A stretch of DNA of 64,000 nt. Source: the human T2T-CHM13v2.0 reference genome, Homo sapiens. This document shows, piece by piece, positions 1-15,494 of this stretch. The notes beneath the pieces were generated by a model. That model searched no databases, was not told the origin of the DNA, and saw only the letters and a list, made by a program, of their open reading frames with translations. Both the position numbers and the translations under genes were made by a program. The DNA lies in the NCBI RefSeq assembly GCF_009914755.1, contig NC_060928.1; one strand, 5' to 3'. The number at the start of each line of letters is the position of its first letter. Position 1 is the first letter of the stretch.

Positions 1-185
1 CCTCAGCCTTCTGAGTAGCTGGGACTACAGGCATGTACCACCACGCCCAGCTAATTTTTTGTATTTTTAGTAGAGATGGGGTTTCACCATGTTAGCCAGG
101 GTGGTCTGGATCTCCTGATGTCGTGATCTGCCCGCCTCGGCCTCCCAAAGTGCTGGGATTACAGGCGTGAGCCACCGCGCCCAGC
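1..185 (-). mobile_element. Alu (AluY/Sc-like), cut by window start
   Basis: Antisense Alu left monomer and linker: gttagccagg...tcgtgatctgcccgcctcggcctcccaaagtgctgggattacaggcgtgagccacc. Confidence 0.95.
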
Positions 186-783
186 TGAGAATTGTTTTTT
201 TAAAGGGATAAAAGAAGAAAAATACACAACTTCCAAGACTAGAACTAAAATTGAAGAAAATGTACTATTCTTGGAAATAAGAGTTAGCAAAAATCATTAA
301 GCACTATTGTTCCCTTAAGGTCTAGTATTTTGTATAATTTGGAAATTATAGGAGATAACTATACTTATTTTATAGCCTTGTGCATTGAATAAAAAGAATC
401 TTCCATAAGAAATTGATCATGATTACAAGTTTTCTTTGATAATTTTTGTGCAAAACTTGCTTCTACTTGTATGTTTTCTTTATGGTCTAATATGCAGAAT
501 ACACTATCTTGAATTTTTCTACTTCAGTTCAACTTTAGAGATCCCATTCTTAGTTTCTGTATAGTTTAGTAGAATAAGAAAATCTTGTATAATATCAGTG
601 ATGACAATTTTTTGGGAAATATATAGAATTTTTCAGTGGTTTGGTGCCTATAGCCCACCACTAAGATGTATCTGATGAACAGTGTGAATTTAAGATCAAG
701 AGACCCTTTAAGGACTCAGTAAAAAATATCTCAAAACTCAGAATTGATAGGCAATAAGGAGAGTAAACGATCTTTATACTTAT

Positions 784-1561
784 TGTCAATGAAAAGGGTC
801 AAACTCTGTAAAATATTTGAAGAGATTTATTCTGAGCCACATGAGTGACCATGGTCCATGACATAGCCCTCAGGAGGCCCTGAGAACACATGTCCAAGGT
901 AGTTGGGGCGCAGCTTGGTTTTTTACATTTTAGAGAGGCATGAGACATCAATCAAATACATTTAAGAAATACATTGGTTTGGTCCAGAAAGGTGGGACAA
1001 CTCAAAGCAGGGGGTGGGGTGGGGACTGCTTCCAGGCTATGGGTAAATTTAAACATTTTCTGTTTGACAATTGGTTGAGCTTATCTAAAGACCTGGGATG
1101 ACAGAAAGGAAGTGTTCAGGTTAAGATAAAAGACTGTGGAGACCAAGGTTCTTTTGAGGTCTTATAGTGGCTGCTCTTAGAGACAATAGATGACAAGGGT
1201 TTCCTATTCAGATCTTTAAAAGGTGCAGACTTAGTTAATCTCTTTAGGCTTGGGAGGGCCAGGAAGAAAAAAAACTAGCTATGTTAGTAGAGATTCTTTA
1301 CAGATGCTGATTTTCCTCCACAAAAGACAGCTTTGCAGGGCCATTTCAAGACATGGCAAAGAAACATGTTTTGGGGTAAAATATTTTGATTTTCTTCCTT
1401 GTCTTGTAATGTTATGCCAGAGTCAGGTTGGAAAGTAAGTCACAATATATAGAGTTAAATAAAACCCATCTGATGAGAATTTATGATTTGTAGGGCATGA
1501 CTCCCCAGACCCTTTATATAGGAATTTGGGCAAGATAAAAAAAAAATCAGTTTGGTCCTCA
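784..1561 (-). mobile_element. MER4-group (MER4D/E-like) ERV1 solo LTR
   Basis: TG...CA termini; minus strand starts tgaggaccaaactgatttt..atcttgcccaaattcc; other end gtcaaactctgtaaaatatttgaagagatttattctgagcc; 4-bp TSD ttat (780-783/1562-1565). Confidence 0.85.
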
Positions 1562-1631
1562 TTATAAATCAACATTTAATTAAAAGAACTACACATTACA
1601 AGACCATAATAATTGTTCCTGTTTCAAAAGT

Positions 1632-1735
1632 TTGTTGAGAAAATGAGTTAATATGCATAAAGCTCTTTGAGTAGTGTCTGGCACATAGGAAGCACCCAAT
1701 ACATGGCAACAGTTACTATTATTATTATTATTATT
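1632..1735 (+). mobile_element. MIR 3' fragment
   Basis: aaatgagttaatatgcataaagc...gtctggcacataggaagcacccaata followed by (tta)n tail. Confidence 0.7.
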
Positions 1736-2794
1736 TATATAATCAGGTCTTTCCTTCATATTTTCTTCTGTCAGAGAGTGTTTGAGTGTCATGCTATTCA
1801 GAGATTTTACTGTCTGCGTTGACTAGTCCACACCATGACAATCAATGATATCCTATGCCAGGTCTGATTTTTAAAGGATTTTACATTCCAAATCGGTTCT
1901 GAGGTAGCAAATCCCAAATATGGCAAAAAATTCTACTTTGGAATCTTTATTTAACCTCAAATATTCTATTTCCACATGTTATATTACAGATGAGAGAAAA
2001 AATATTTACCTTTTCTACTTATGGCATTGTTTATTGAAGGCAGTGCTTAAGGACTATAGGTTTTGTAAGCTGTTTTTCACATCCTATATATGTTCTGGGT
2101 CATCTTCAGATTGGATTTTGAAGATCTCTTCTATGTTTGTAGATCACTGACCTTCCAAGAAATGACCTCAAAGAAACCTGTTGATCAAGCAAAACTAAGC
2201 TTAGTAGATCTACTTCAGTAAGAAAGATCACAGTAGTGTCTCAAATGGGGAAAAAAATAACAGTACACTCAGTTTAACTTTTTTCTTCTTCTTTGGAAGT
2301 GTTTGACTGGTTATCTGGATCAGATATATGCCTAGAGTAGGCACATAGTGACAGAAAAATACTTTGCAAGACAAACAGGAAAAAAAAGAGAGAAAGGAAG
2401 GGAAACAAGTGAGGGGGAGCCAGCTTCTGACAGACACAAAATCACTGTGGGATGATAAAACAGCCTTAAATATAAGAAATCCATTACATACATAGACACG
2501 CACATGCATAGAAAGCCACACAAAATAATACTTACAACAAGATTAAGCAGTAATTTGAGCACTAATCAATTACATGAAGAAACAGTTCAACCATCATGTT
2601 TCCAAGATAGAGTTCCCCAAAAGGGACACTAATTTAAATTGTACCTGGTAGGATTATGCCAGTTGGAGACATACACACATAAGTTAAACTTAAAAGTAAG
2701 CAGGAATTTGACCTGAAAGGTCAAAAGAACTGATAAGAGCACATGAAAATTTTGCTGGGGCAACCTCTTAAGAACCTGGTTTAAGACCAGGTTG

Positions 2795-3162
<368 letters not shown>

Positions 3163-4869
3163 TCAGAGAGTGACAAAAACAAACAGTAGTGTCCTAAGTA
3201 ACAGAGCAGGTTTCTCATCACGGATAAGTGGATTTGAAGTTGATTAAATAATCAAAGGATTACTTAAAAAGCATTCTCATTCCTAAGAGGCAGAAACTTT
3301 GTATTTGAGAGACTGACAAAAATAAATTTAGACCCAAAGCAGGATTTTCCTCACTTTTGCAGTCAGACAGACCCCTGAATGGGGGAGACTTATGAGGCCT
3401 CAGAGAAACATGTTTCAGACAGAGGAGCTCGTGCAGATCGGTTTCAATTCACCCCGTGTTATAGCTCTACAATTTGTTCACTGTTGATGCCACAAAAGAC
3501 CAGAATGAAAAAAATCTGTTGATTGAACAAAGCTAGGTATGTTAGATCCCATGCAATAAAAAAAGAACACTACATTAACAAAGTTTCTGTAAGTCTCTAA
3601 ATGGGAAAATTAAGGGAAGATATTTTGTAAGATGTTAAAATCCAGGCTGGGTTAGTTAAAGAGAGGTATTGCAAGGTTGAGAATAGGCAGGGATTAGGCA
3701 GATTTTATGACATTGTAGCTTCGTACAGCAAGGTTAGAGTTTGTGATTTCAGGGTTCTGAAATGAAGCATATTTTTCTTGTTTATGTCTTTTCTTTTTAA
3801 TCTGGATATAAGTAAGATTTTGTAGCTTTACAGCGGATTTTACAAAGAGATGAGGACCAAGAAGGATTACAGTAGAAGGATTTTGACTTTTGAATCAATA
3901 TGCATTTAGATGTCGTTTTTATAAGGCACATAAGTTATTTTTAGAATCAGTTAAACCTTGGAGATATTTTTATTTGAAAAGGCAAAAAACAAATGATAAT
4001 ATTTATTTTGCTTCATCACATATTTATTTGAAAGTATATTCATAAACAAACTTACAGTGTTTTTGTGTGTGCAACTGATCATGTAATTATTTCTTGCTCT
4101 TTAACTATGTCAATTAATATAAAAGAAAATACTACTCCAGATGGTTGAACTGATTCAGCCTGCTTTTATCAGAAAAGTATTTATTCATATCCAAATGAGG
4201 TTGAACTCTTATGATTCCCTTCTTAATTACAAATAGAAGCTAATTGCCACCTCAAAAATATAGAGAAGAAAACAAACATTTTCATTATTTGATACTTATC
4301 ATATCATAGTAAGATTTTTTTTCTGTTTTGGTTTATATTTTCATATTGAACAAATAATCCTTGTGTAAACTATCTACACTTTTTAATTTTTGGCATTGCT
4401 GTGTAACGTATTTAGTTCCTGTAAACCCACAACGGAAAAACACTGCTCTTCTCTGGAGAACTTTGCTGCCCTTCTCTCAGCTTGGAAATAGATCTCCAAA
4501 TTTCTTCCCATTCCTTAGTCATCTCTCCTTCGAGGTCATTTATTTGACATTAGGTCCATTCTCTGTTCACATCCTATCCTCCAAGCACTTTGAAACAATC
4601 TCCAGCCATTGGTCGTCACTCAGCCCCATGAAAGATGAGCACTTCTGATGAGTTTTTACCATTGTCCTTTAATCATACCAAAGGGGCCCCTCAGTTCCTT
4701 CCCAGTGATCACCACATCCTCACCTATATGTCATCGGAACCTTTTAAATAAGATTACCTAATAATGAAAAAAATGCATTTCTAATTTTTTAGCTCCTAAG
4801 AAACATTGTGTTGTCAAACTATTATATAAACAATTGTCTCAATTAGATTAAAATCCAAGAATTAGAGAC

Positions 4870-5881
4870 TGTTGCAGGAAGTCAGGGACCCCGAATGGAG
4901 GGACTGGCTGGAACTGTGGCAGAGGAACATAAATCATGATAATTTCATGGACGTTTATCAGTTCCCAAATAATACTTTTATAATTTCTTATGCCTGTCTT
5001 TAATCTCTTAATCCTGTTATCTTCGTAAGCTGAGGATGTATGTCACCTCAGGACCACTGTGATAATTATGTTAACTGTACAAATTGATTGTAAAACGTGT
5101 GTTTGAACAATATGAAATCAGTGAACCTTGAAAAAGAAGAGAATAACAGCGATTTTTAGGGAACAAGGAAAGACAACCATAAGGTGTGACTGCCTGCGGG
5201 GTCGGGCAAAAAGAGCCATATTTTTCTTGTTGCAGAGAGCCTATAAATGGATATGCAAGTAGGAGAGATATCACTAAATTCTTTTCCTAGCAAGGAATAT
5301 TAATATTAATACCCTGGGAAAGGAATGCATTCCTGGGGGGAGGTCTATAAACGGCCGCTCTGGGAATGTCTGTCTTATGCATTTGAGATAAGGACTGAGA
5401 TAAGCCCTGGTCTCCTGCAGTACCCTTAGGCTTACTAGGGTTGGGAAACTCTGCCCTGGTAATTTTGTGGTCAGATCGGTTCTCTGCACTTGAACCCTGT
5501 TTTCTGTTGTTTAAAATGTTTATCCAGACAATATATGCACCACTGAACATAGCCCTTTATCAGTAGTTCTGCTTTGCCCTTTGCTTTGTGATTTTTGTTG
5601 GACCCTTATCGGTAGTTCTGCTTTTTGCCCTTTGAAGCATGTGATATTTGTACCTACTCCGTGTGCTTACACTGCCTCCCCTTTTCAAACCCTTAATAAA
5701 AACTTGCTGGTTTTGAGGCTCAGGTGGGCATCACGGTCCTACCGATATGTGATGTCACCCCTGGCAGCCCAGCTGTAAAATTCCTCTCTTTGTACTATCT
5801 CTCTTTATTTCCCAGCTGGCCAACACTTATGGAAAATAGACAGAACCTATGTTGAAATATTGGGGGTGGGTTCCCCCAGTA
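4870..5881 (+). mobile_element. MER11 (HERV-K11/HML-8) solo LTR
   Basis: Starts tgttgcaggaagtcagggaccccg, ends ttgggggtgggttcccccagta; aataaa at 5695-5700; 6-bp TSD agagac (4864-4869/5882-5887), typical of ERVK. Confidence 0.92.
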
Positions 5882-5957
5882 AGAGACTTTCAGTCTTATA
5901 CAAGTCATAGTTGTGTTCAAAATAATAGCTTTGAGTAGAATTGCTACTATACACTAC

Positions 5958-6612
5958 ATTTGTCTGCTCAAGCTGCTATAACAAATTACCACCAAGTAGG
6001 TGACTTTAACAGCATCATTTTAATTTTTCACAGTTCTGGAGGCTAGAAATCTTTTATGCCAGCTCAAAATCAGCAGGTTTAGTTTCTCCTCAAGCCTCCC
6101 TTCTTGGCTTGCAGATGACCACCTTCTTGCTGTGTTCTCACATGCTCTTTACTCTGCTTATCCCTGGTGTCCCTTTGTGTGTCTAAATTTCCTAATAAGG
6201 GCAATAATCAGATAGGATTAGAGCCCAGCCTAACAGCCTCATTTTATTTTTCTTTTTGGTATAAATTCATGTGGTACAGGTGTAATTTTGTTACATGCAT
6301 AGATTGTGTGGTGGTAAAGTCAGGGCTTTTAGGGTATCCTTCACCTGAATAATATACATTGTACCCATTAAGTAATTTCTCATCATCCACCTACCTCCTA
6401 CCCTCTTACCCTTCTGAATCTCCATTGTCTATCATTTCACTCTTTACCTTCATATAGAGTTTAGCTCCCACTTATATGATAGAACATGAAGTATTTCTTT
6501 TCTGTGTCAGATAATTATCCTTCAAAAGCCTTATCCCCAAATATAACCACATTAGGAGGTCCTGGGGGATAGGGCTTTACCGTATAAATTAGGGGAGGAC
6601 ATAACATACACT
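5958..6612 (-). mobile_element. MLT1 (MaLR) LTR interrupted by an L1 3' end
   Basis: gctgctataacaaattaccac...cacagttctggaggctagaa...ttggcttgcagatg; resumes at about 6512 (ccttatccccaaatataaccacatt...). Confidence 0.75.
6246..6510 (-). mobile_element. L1PB/L1MA-type 3' UTR fragment
   Basis: ttacatgcatagattgtgtggtggtaaagtcagggcttttagggtatcc...tttagctcccacttat. Confidence 0.8.
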
Positions 6613-6769
6613 ACAAGTAATATGACTACATCATCTGTTTCCCTCAAAAAAAGGGCTTCCTCTTTGCCCTCTGCTATTTACCCAAGAGCTTCTTGTTCTC
6701 TTCAATAACTTTGAAACTTGATCACATTCAAATTCCAACCACTAACAGTAAACAAACAAAAAAAAAATA

Positions 6770-7430
<661 letters not shown>

Positions 7431-7497
7431 TGGCAAGATACATTTCACTCTGAACACTAGAAAAACAGGGTCCTGTCTCTTCGCCATAAAAAATGAG

Positions 7498-7740
7498 TTA
7501 GCATTTACTATGTGCTTATCATGGGCCAGGTGTTGTTGTAAGCACTTTACACATATTCAATCATTTAATTCTCCAGTAAACTTTAGAAATAGTCACGATT
7601 ATTCTCATTTTAATACAGAAGAAATGAAATCAGAAAGTGTTTGAATAACTTTCCCGAAGTCATAGTTAGTAAGCCCAGGAAGCCAGAATTCAAAGCTAGA
7701 AAATATGTCTCCAGTGTAAAACTTAAACAATACACTATGA
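7498..7740 (-). mobile_element. MIR
   Basis: gcatttactatgtgct...gccagg...cattttaatacagaagaaatgaaatcaga...aagtcatagttagtaag. Confidence 0.75.
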
Positions 7741-8257
7741 CTTATAAGGAGAGAAATTAATAGACATACCACAACTGAATAATTCTGGACTAATGGCATT
7801 CCTTGAGAGCATTAACTAATCTCCACTTAACTAAACACTTCTATTCTCTCTCCCTCTTTTTCTACTCTTTCCCATGGTCTGTCTATCTTGCCTACCTATT
7901 CATTGCCTATAGGTGTTATCTCATCCAAGACATGACTATAACTACTATTTTGATGTGCTTTGGAATTGTTGGATTACAAAGAATAGAAACTTATGTGTCA
8001 GGTGCATCCATTTGGTCTTGGTCTCTGTCTTTTGGAAAATGGACAGTTATTTATTCTATTTCTCTTTTCTCAAATTCCACACCACTGTACTCTGTGCAAG
8101 CTAGATAGCCTCTTTACTTTTTTTGTTTGTACTTTGTCCTCCATGATAACCTCCAAATGATGGTATCAGCTATCTACTCTATAGATGAATTATAACTTCT
8201 AATTATTGACAATGTGGTATAATTTTCCCAGGTTCAGCTACATGATTCAATCAAATA

Positions 8258-8930
<673 letters not shown>

Positions 8931-9783
8931 TAATTATGCTTTAGTAACAGGAATTTGTTTAAGAAAAAGGCATTTTCTTTTTCTCTTTTTTTTTTTTTTT
9001 TTGATGTTTGAAAAGAAGAAAAAATTCGAATGATAAAAGCACCATTTAGCCTATCTTTTACATTTACCACCAGTAATATAATAGAAGATTCTCATGATCT
9101 GGAAATATTGTGTGTGGGAAAGACATTAAGGCACTGTGGTTAGGGAAGTTATGTCAGTAATAGCCCTTCTAGAATTAAGGTTGGGCAGTGCTGGGCTACC
9201 ATTTCCATTTTCTTTTGTTATTTTTTGATCAGTAGGGATTGAGTGAGGAAAATAAGAAATTTGCCTGAAACAAGCAGTTTGTAGACTCTATCAGCTTTTC
9301 CTTTTGATTTTCTCTTGATTTCTGCCATACCGATGTCCTGACCATCATTGAAAAGTTAGCTTCTCAGTTATCCAAGTAGACATCCAAGTCTATTTCAGTG
9401 AAGTGAGGTGAAAGTCTTATCTTTCATTGATTAAAAGCAACTAACCCTATGAAGAGAGACAAATGTTAACAATATAGTAAATTAAAACAGTTCTCTATAT
9501 ATTACTGATCCAATGTATATCTAATCCATTGTATTTCTTAAATCAAATCATTGCCAATATGTGATTCCTGATTGTGGCCTGTAAATCTCTTTTGTAAGCT
9601 ATAGAGACAGGGATCAGATAATATTCTGCAAATGAAAATTCACAATATATTTGCTTGTCCATTTCTATATGGCATTGGGGTAGATAGTCACAAATAGAAC
9701 TTTGAAGAGTATCCTCTAAAATGGTTGAGAGAAAATATATGGCTTATTCGAATTTGTATTTTTATTTGTAATTACTCAGAATG

Positions 9784-9979
9784 TTAGATTAAAAATGAGC
9801 AAGTTAATGAAATACAGCAATTTTAACTCATCTGCCTATTAACTGATACCATTGTCAAACCAAATCATAAGTGTTCTCCTATGCTTTATATAAAAATAAA
9901 TTGAAATGCAGATTTACTTTATACTCTGACGTATAGTACTTAAAAAATTTAACATATTTGTTGAAACACAAGCAGTCAA
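9784..9979 (+). repeat. Diverged ~195-bp direct repeat, copy 1
   Basis: Aligns colinearly by eye with 11380-11582. Confidence 0.85.
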
Positions 9980-10123
9980 TTTTAAGGTTCTGTGCATACT
10001 GTATACAACCTGTTAGCCTCTTTTTTATCAAAAATAGACAAGTGTTTCTTTATTCATTTCTTGCTTCCAATGGTGGCCTATCAAAACTGTTGCTTTCTCC
10101 TCTGACAAGTTATATTTAGTAAC

Positions 10124-10761
10124 TGTGATGGTTAATTTTAGGTGTCAACTTGACTAGATCAAGGAATACGAAGATAGCTGGTAAAGTATTATTTTTGGGT
10201 ATGTCTGCGAGGGTGTTTCTAGAGAAGATTGGCATTTGAATCAGTAGACTGAATAAGGAAGATCTGCCCTCACCCAGTGTGGGTGGGCACCATCAAATCA
10301 GCTGAGGACTCAGATAGAATGAAAAGGCAGAAGAAAGGCAGATTTGCTTTCTCTGTTCCGGAGCTGGGGCACCCTTCTTCTCTTGCCTTGGACATCAGAA
10401 CTCCAGATTCTCTGGCCCTTGGACTCTGACTTGTAGCAACACCCCCACCCCATTCTTAGGCATTTAGCCTTGGACTGAGAGTTACAGCATCCATTTCCCT
10501 AGTCCTGAGGCCTTTGGACTAGGACTGAGCCATACTATTGGCTTCCCTTATTCTCCAGGTCACAGACAGACTAGCAAGGGTCTTCTCAAGCTCGATGATT
10601 TCTTCAGCTAGTTCCCCTAATATATCCCCTCTCATCTATCTATCTATTGATTGATGTATCAATCTATCATGTATCTACCTACCTACCTTTCTACCTACCT
10701 ACCACCTTATCTAACCTGTCTCCTAAATGTTCTATCTCTCCAGAGAAACCTAACTAATACA
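10124..10761 (+). mobile_element. MLT2B-like (ERVL) solo LTR
   Basis: Starts tgtgatggttaattttaggtgtcaacttgact, ends agagaaacctaactaataca; internal (tcta/ccta)n; 5-bp TSD gtaac (10119-10123/10762-10766). Confidence 0.92.
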
Positions 10762-11379
10762 GTAACTTATTAGCCCTAGTATATTTTCTGGAAGCAAAGG
10801 TCCCAAAGATTATTGAGGGTAGGTAGTCCTAAGTTAAAAAAAAAAAGTGTCAAAAGTGTAGAGAGATCAAAAGCATTAAGTAAAGCAAATTATCTTCCAA
10901 TTTTGCCTTGAAAAGAATATGACTTTTTTAATGAATGACTTTTGATGGAATAAAACAGGTGATAGTCATGTTGAAAATAATAGTTCAAGAGTTGGCAACA
11001 AGAAAATGAATGTGAAAAGTGTATTTAAGAATATGGCAAATAAAGGAATTTAAAACAACTAGATGCTACCTGGAGAATATAGTAACTTCAATATTCATTT
11101 CAGAGTAATTCATAAATGTTTTAATGTAGAACTCCAGTCAAATAAAACTGCTAAGATTTAGGCATTAATGGAGCCCATGGTTTCACAAAGGGTCATAAAA
11201 TAATTTATTAGAATTTTGTATATGTTGTATTGTTTTTCAGACAAAGACATCTATGACACAAAAATTCATTAAATTATCTCAAAACCAAAGAATGATTATA
11301 TAATAGAAGGCAGGATAGTATATTAAACTTTTTATATAGCACGTATTTTGGAGCTTCTTATACAAGTTCTGCCCTTTGC

Positions 11380-11582
11380 TTAGATTAAAACTAAGCAAAT
11401 TAAAGAAATTTAGCAATTTTAACTCATCTACCTGTTATCTGACACCATTGCCAAACCATATCATCAGTGTTGTCCTATGCTTGGTTATGTAAAAACTTAG
11501 TGAAATGTAGATTTACTTTATATTCTAGAAAAATGGAATTTAAAAAAAAATTAACACATTTGTTGAGACACATGGAGTCAGT
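11380..11582 (+). repeat. Diverged ~200-bp direct repeat, copy 2
   Basis: Aligns with 9784-9979. Confidence 0.85.
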
Positions 11583-11587
11583 GAGCA

Positions 11588-11740
11588 ATGTGATGTTGAA
11601 CAAGTTGCCTATCTTTTCATATTTCAGTTGTTTCTTCACTAGGAAAAAAAATAAACTTAGTGCTTGCTCCTTATAGGATTGTTATGAATAGATAAAATAA
11701 AATTGCCTATAAAAATGATGACCTCAATATCTGGTACCAA
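11588..11740 (+). mobile_element. MIR fragment
   Basis: tgtgatgttgaacaagttgcct...tcagttgtttcttcact...ataggattgttatgaa. Confidence 0.55.
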
Positions 11741-11939
11741 TAAAAATACTCACTAGGAAAGTTTTAAATACTGTTGTTTCTGTTACTTCACTTTGAATTA
11801 ATAAGACAGTAGACATTCTACTCACTAAGTGTAAAGCCACTTACTCAACACCACATCCCACACTGAATAGTGGCCTATTCACGGAGAAACTTCTCAGGAA
11901 TTACTAGTTGCAAAAATAGTACTTGACACTTATTTCTGT

Positions 11940-12103
11940 AATATTGTGCTTATCACATTGTACTGTGACTTTTTATCTCTGTCAGTCTGTCAAATAGACT
12001 ATGAGTTCCTAGAGAACAATGTTTTATTCAACTTATATTCATAAAACCTAGTATGGCTTCTAATATGTAGTAAGTACCCAATAAATGTTTGTTGAGTTGA
12101 ATG
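11940..12103 (+). mobile_element. L2 3' end
   Basis: tagactatgagttcctagagaaca...tagtaagtacccaataaatgtttgttgagttgaatg. Confidence 0.75.
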
Positions 12104-13649
12104 TTGTTTCTTCTTTAAGATCATTAAGAGTTGGGTTTACAGCAAATGATACTGGTTTCTTTCTGCATACATAGATCATTCATTCTTCTTTTTTTTCCTT
12201 TTGCCTTTCATATATTATATTTTGGGGTCATTTAGAAATAAATAGAGCAGTAAAAGTTGGTAAGTATATTTAATTTAATTTCTTCCCATAATATCCTACT
12301 TAAATATATAGATGATGATAATATTTGGCACTTCTTAGGTGTATTTGAGTTATTAAAATTAAAATTTGATATAGTGAGAAAAATAAGTATATAGCCTGAT
12401 TTTATGGGAACCATTTTTAAATGTGGTTGAATTTTTTTTAATTTGACAAGTTTCATAATTTTAAAGCTGGTGATTCAAGTGAATTTTAAAGCATGTTTAT
12501 GCTGTTGCATTATGGGGCAAACTCAGCTGGTTAAATTACCCGTTATCCTTTGTCAAAATTAAATTATACAAGGTCTGCAGACACTCATCACTTTTATCTA
12601 ATGTGACCACCTTGAACTGTAATTCCCTTTTGAATAAATAAGGCTGATTCAGGTGGAAAGAAGATTAACTGATTGCCTGAAGTTATGTAATGCATGTGGA
12701 TTTAGTACATAGGTTTTAAAATGACATTGTTAAATGGTATTTAAACTAATGTGTAATAATTAAGGAAGGACACTCTTTAAAATGACACAAAAGTGATATA
12801 TGAATATGAGGACCAAGAAACTGTGCATTGGCATATAGAAAATATTAGTCATTGGACAATACAATTAATTGATAGAACAAGTATTTTTCATAATTTCTGC
12901 TAACATAGGAGGTGACATAAAAGGGAGTAATTTGAATTTTAAAAATAAAATAAAGATTGTATATATTTTAGGAGGTCATAAATTTGTAGGTATTAAGTAG
13001 CATGAATAACTCTTCTTTTCCATCCTGAAAACTCTACCAATGTAGAGTTAATACTCTATAATTCATGAGGTAGTCTGTAATAATAAAACATTAAACCAAC
13101 TGGGCTCTTTTCCCGGGAATCACTGAAGCAAGAAATACTGTATCAGGAGAAAGGAAAAGAGAAAAAGAGAGAAAGAAGAAGACAATAAAACAGAAAAAAA
13201 AAAAAAAGGAAAGAAAACTAGATGGCCAAATTTAATAGGGTAAATGGAAAAGCTGTCCATTTTATATGCAGTCAAATAAAATTTTCTTTCTAACCTTGGA
13301 AGGGCTACTCTTAAAGCATAAACCAGTTTTAGGTTATGAAAGGACATTCAAATATGCCTTATTTCATGTAACTGTGGGGAAAGCACTTTATAGCTCTGCC
13401 TTTAAACCTTAAAGTCAGCTTTAACGTGTTTCTAAAAGTTATATTCCGGTATTGCTGAGATATTCCTATCACAAAGCTATTTCCAAAGCCATGTTTGTGG
13501 TCTAAGCATGTATCTGTAACTTACTAAGAGATCGTCCTGAAAAATTGAGGACAAGTCCAGTTTTTATTTTTGCTCATTGAATAATGACGTTTCCTAAAGA
13601 TCTTTGTCTTGTAGGCCTTCCTTTTTTGACACTTTTTTTTCTTTTTCTG

Positions 13650-14580
13650 AGTAATCTCATACCTTAAGTGATTATAAAGTTTGACTGTGTTCTGACGGTT
13701 CTTAAGTTTTTATCTAATACAGCTTTATCTCCAGACCTATGTATTTATTTACTTGTTGGATATTTTGACCTAACTATTCTGTAAGTTTTAAAAATTTGTA
13801 CAGAGACAGTGAATTGATAATCTTTATTATCTTTGTTCTTTCCTCCTTCATACACAAGTTCTTTCTGCTTAGTTTTCTATTTCATTTAATGTATTACTAC
13901 TTAAGGGTCACTCATTGCAGAAAACATTGAATCAACCATACTTCTTTCTCTCTTATACTCCCTGTTCTCAAGGTCATTATGCAGTCTCTACTTCAATCTC
14001 AGTTTTATTTCTTCCTGTTTATCTCAATTCGTGTTGAATGAGTTTGTGTCTTCATCATCTCTGAAGGAAATTATGATCATAACTTCTTAATTGTTTCTCC
14101 ATCCTCTGTCCTCTTCCATCTTCAGCCTCTCTTCTATATTGTTATTGGAATATAATTACAAGACATTTTCATGGAAGAATATTACTACCTTCCCATCACA
14201 CAAAGATAAGGGCTAAACTTCATCAACTGAGACTTTAGCAAAGAGGCCTTAACTTACCATTTTAGAAATATCCAAATTTTCTCATCTCTTCTTCAGCTAA
14301 GACGTAATGAGGGAATTTTAGTTTTTCTTTAAGACCCAGTACAAATGGCATCTCATTCAGCAGAAGAAGTTACCTATTCTGTGGCATATTTGCACTTGTT
14401 ATAGCTGCGGCTATAGAAATTATTACATTTTTAAATATTAATTGCCTTACATGTGTCTGTTTTACTAAATCAAGAGATCTTCTAGGGTAGGGATTGTGTC
14501 TTTTATATCTTTACAATCTTCAGAACCTGATTTAAGAGACTTAAGTACAGGAAGTGTTTATTAAACATTTGTTGATACAA
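13650..14580 (+). mobile_element. Highly decayed L2
   Basis: Pyrimidine-rich L2-like body ending agggtagggattgtgtcttttatatct...gtacaggaagtgtttattaaacatttgttga. Confidence 0.55.
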
Positions 14581-14646
14581 CAAACGCATGACATTGTGTT
14601 GGGAGGCTCTGAGTTGCAAGGGAGACCTTCTTGAGATTTGCAGGAA

Positions 14647-14666
14647 TTACCACTAGATGTCACTAG
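14647..14666 (+). promoter_or_regulatory. Candidate CTCF core site
   Basis: ttaCCACTAGATGTCACTAg matches CCASYAGRKGGCRSYA with one G>T change; motif match only. Confidence 0.55.
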
Positions 14667-14704
14667 CACATTTCTGATAGCAATTTCTCAATCAAGAACA
14701 ACTA

Positions 14705-14890
14705 ACCTTTACTGAGGACCTACTGTGTGCCAAGACTTTTTAAATAATTCTGCAAAGCAGGTATTATCATCACAAATCCACCCTGGAGACTTACGTTTTG
14801 AGTGATTAGTAGGTCATACAGCTAGTATGATGTAGAGGTGGGATTTAAATTTCTGCCATCAAGCCCGTGGTTTTCCCACAATCCAAGCTA
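14705..14890 (-). mobile_element. MIR
   Basis: ttactgaggacctactgtgtgccaag...aggtcatacagctagta...gtgggatttaaa. Confidence 0.65.
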
Positions 14891-15126
14891 CATTCTGTTT
14901 CTTTTGTGATAACTGAGCCTCTGGCCTCCGTATGATAAATAGCATATGCTACCTTTCCCAATGGATTAAATCTTTATTGACAAAATAAGCTATTATTGAG
15001 CTATCTAGGCACTCACACATACCCTTTGAGTTAAGAGTCAGTGACTTTGTTTCTATAAGCTTTTACTAAACATAAAGCAATTTATCATTCATAGAAATCT
15101 TTTAAACATATAAATATAGATTTTGA

Positions 15127-15494
<368 letters not shown>

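Noticed and set aside
12480-12790. Possible conserved non-coding element
   Set aside because: Impression from composition only; it cannot be supported without alignments
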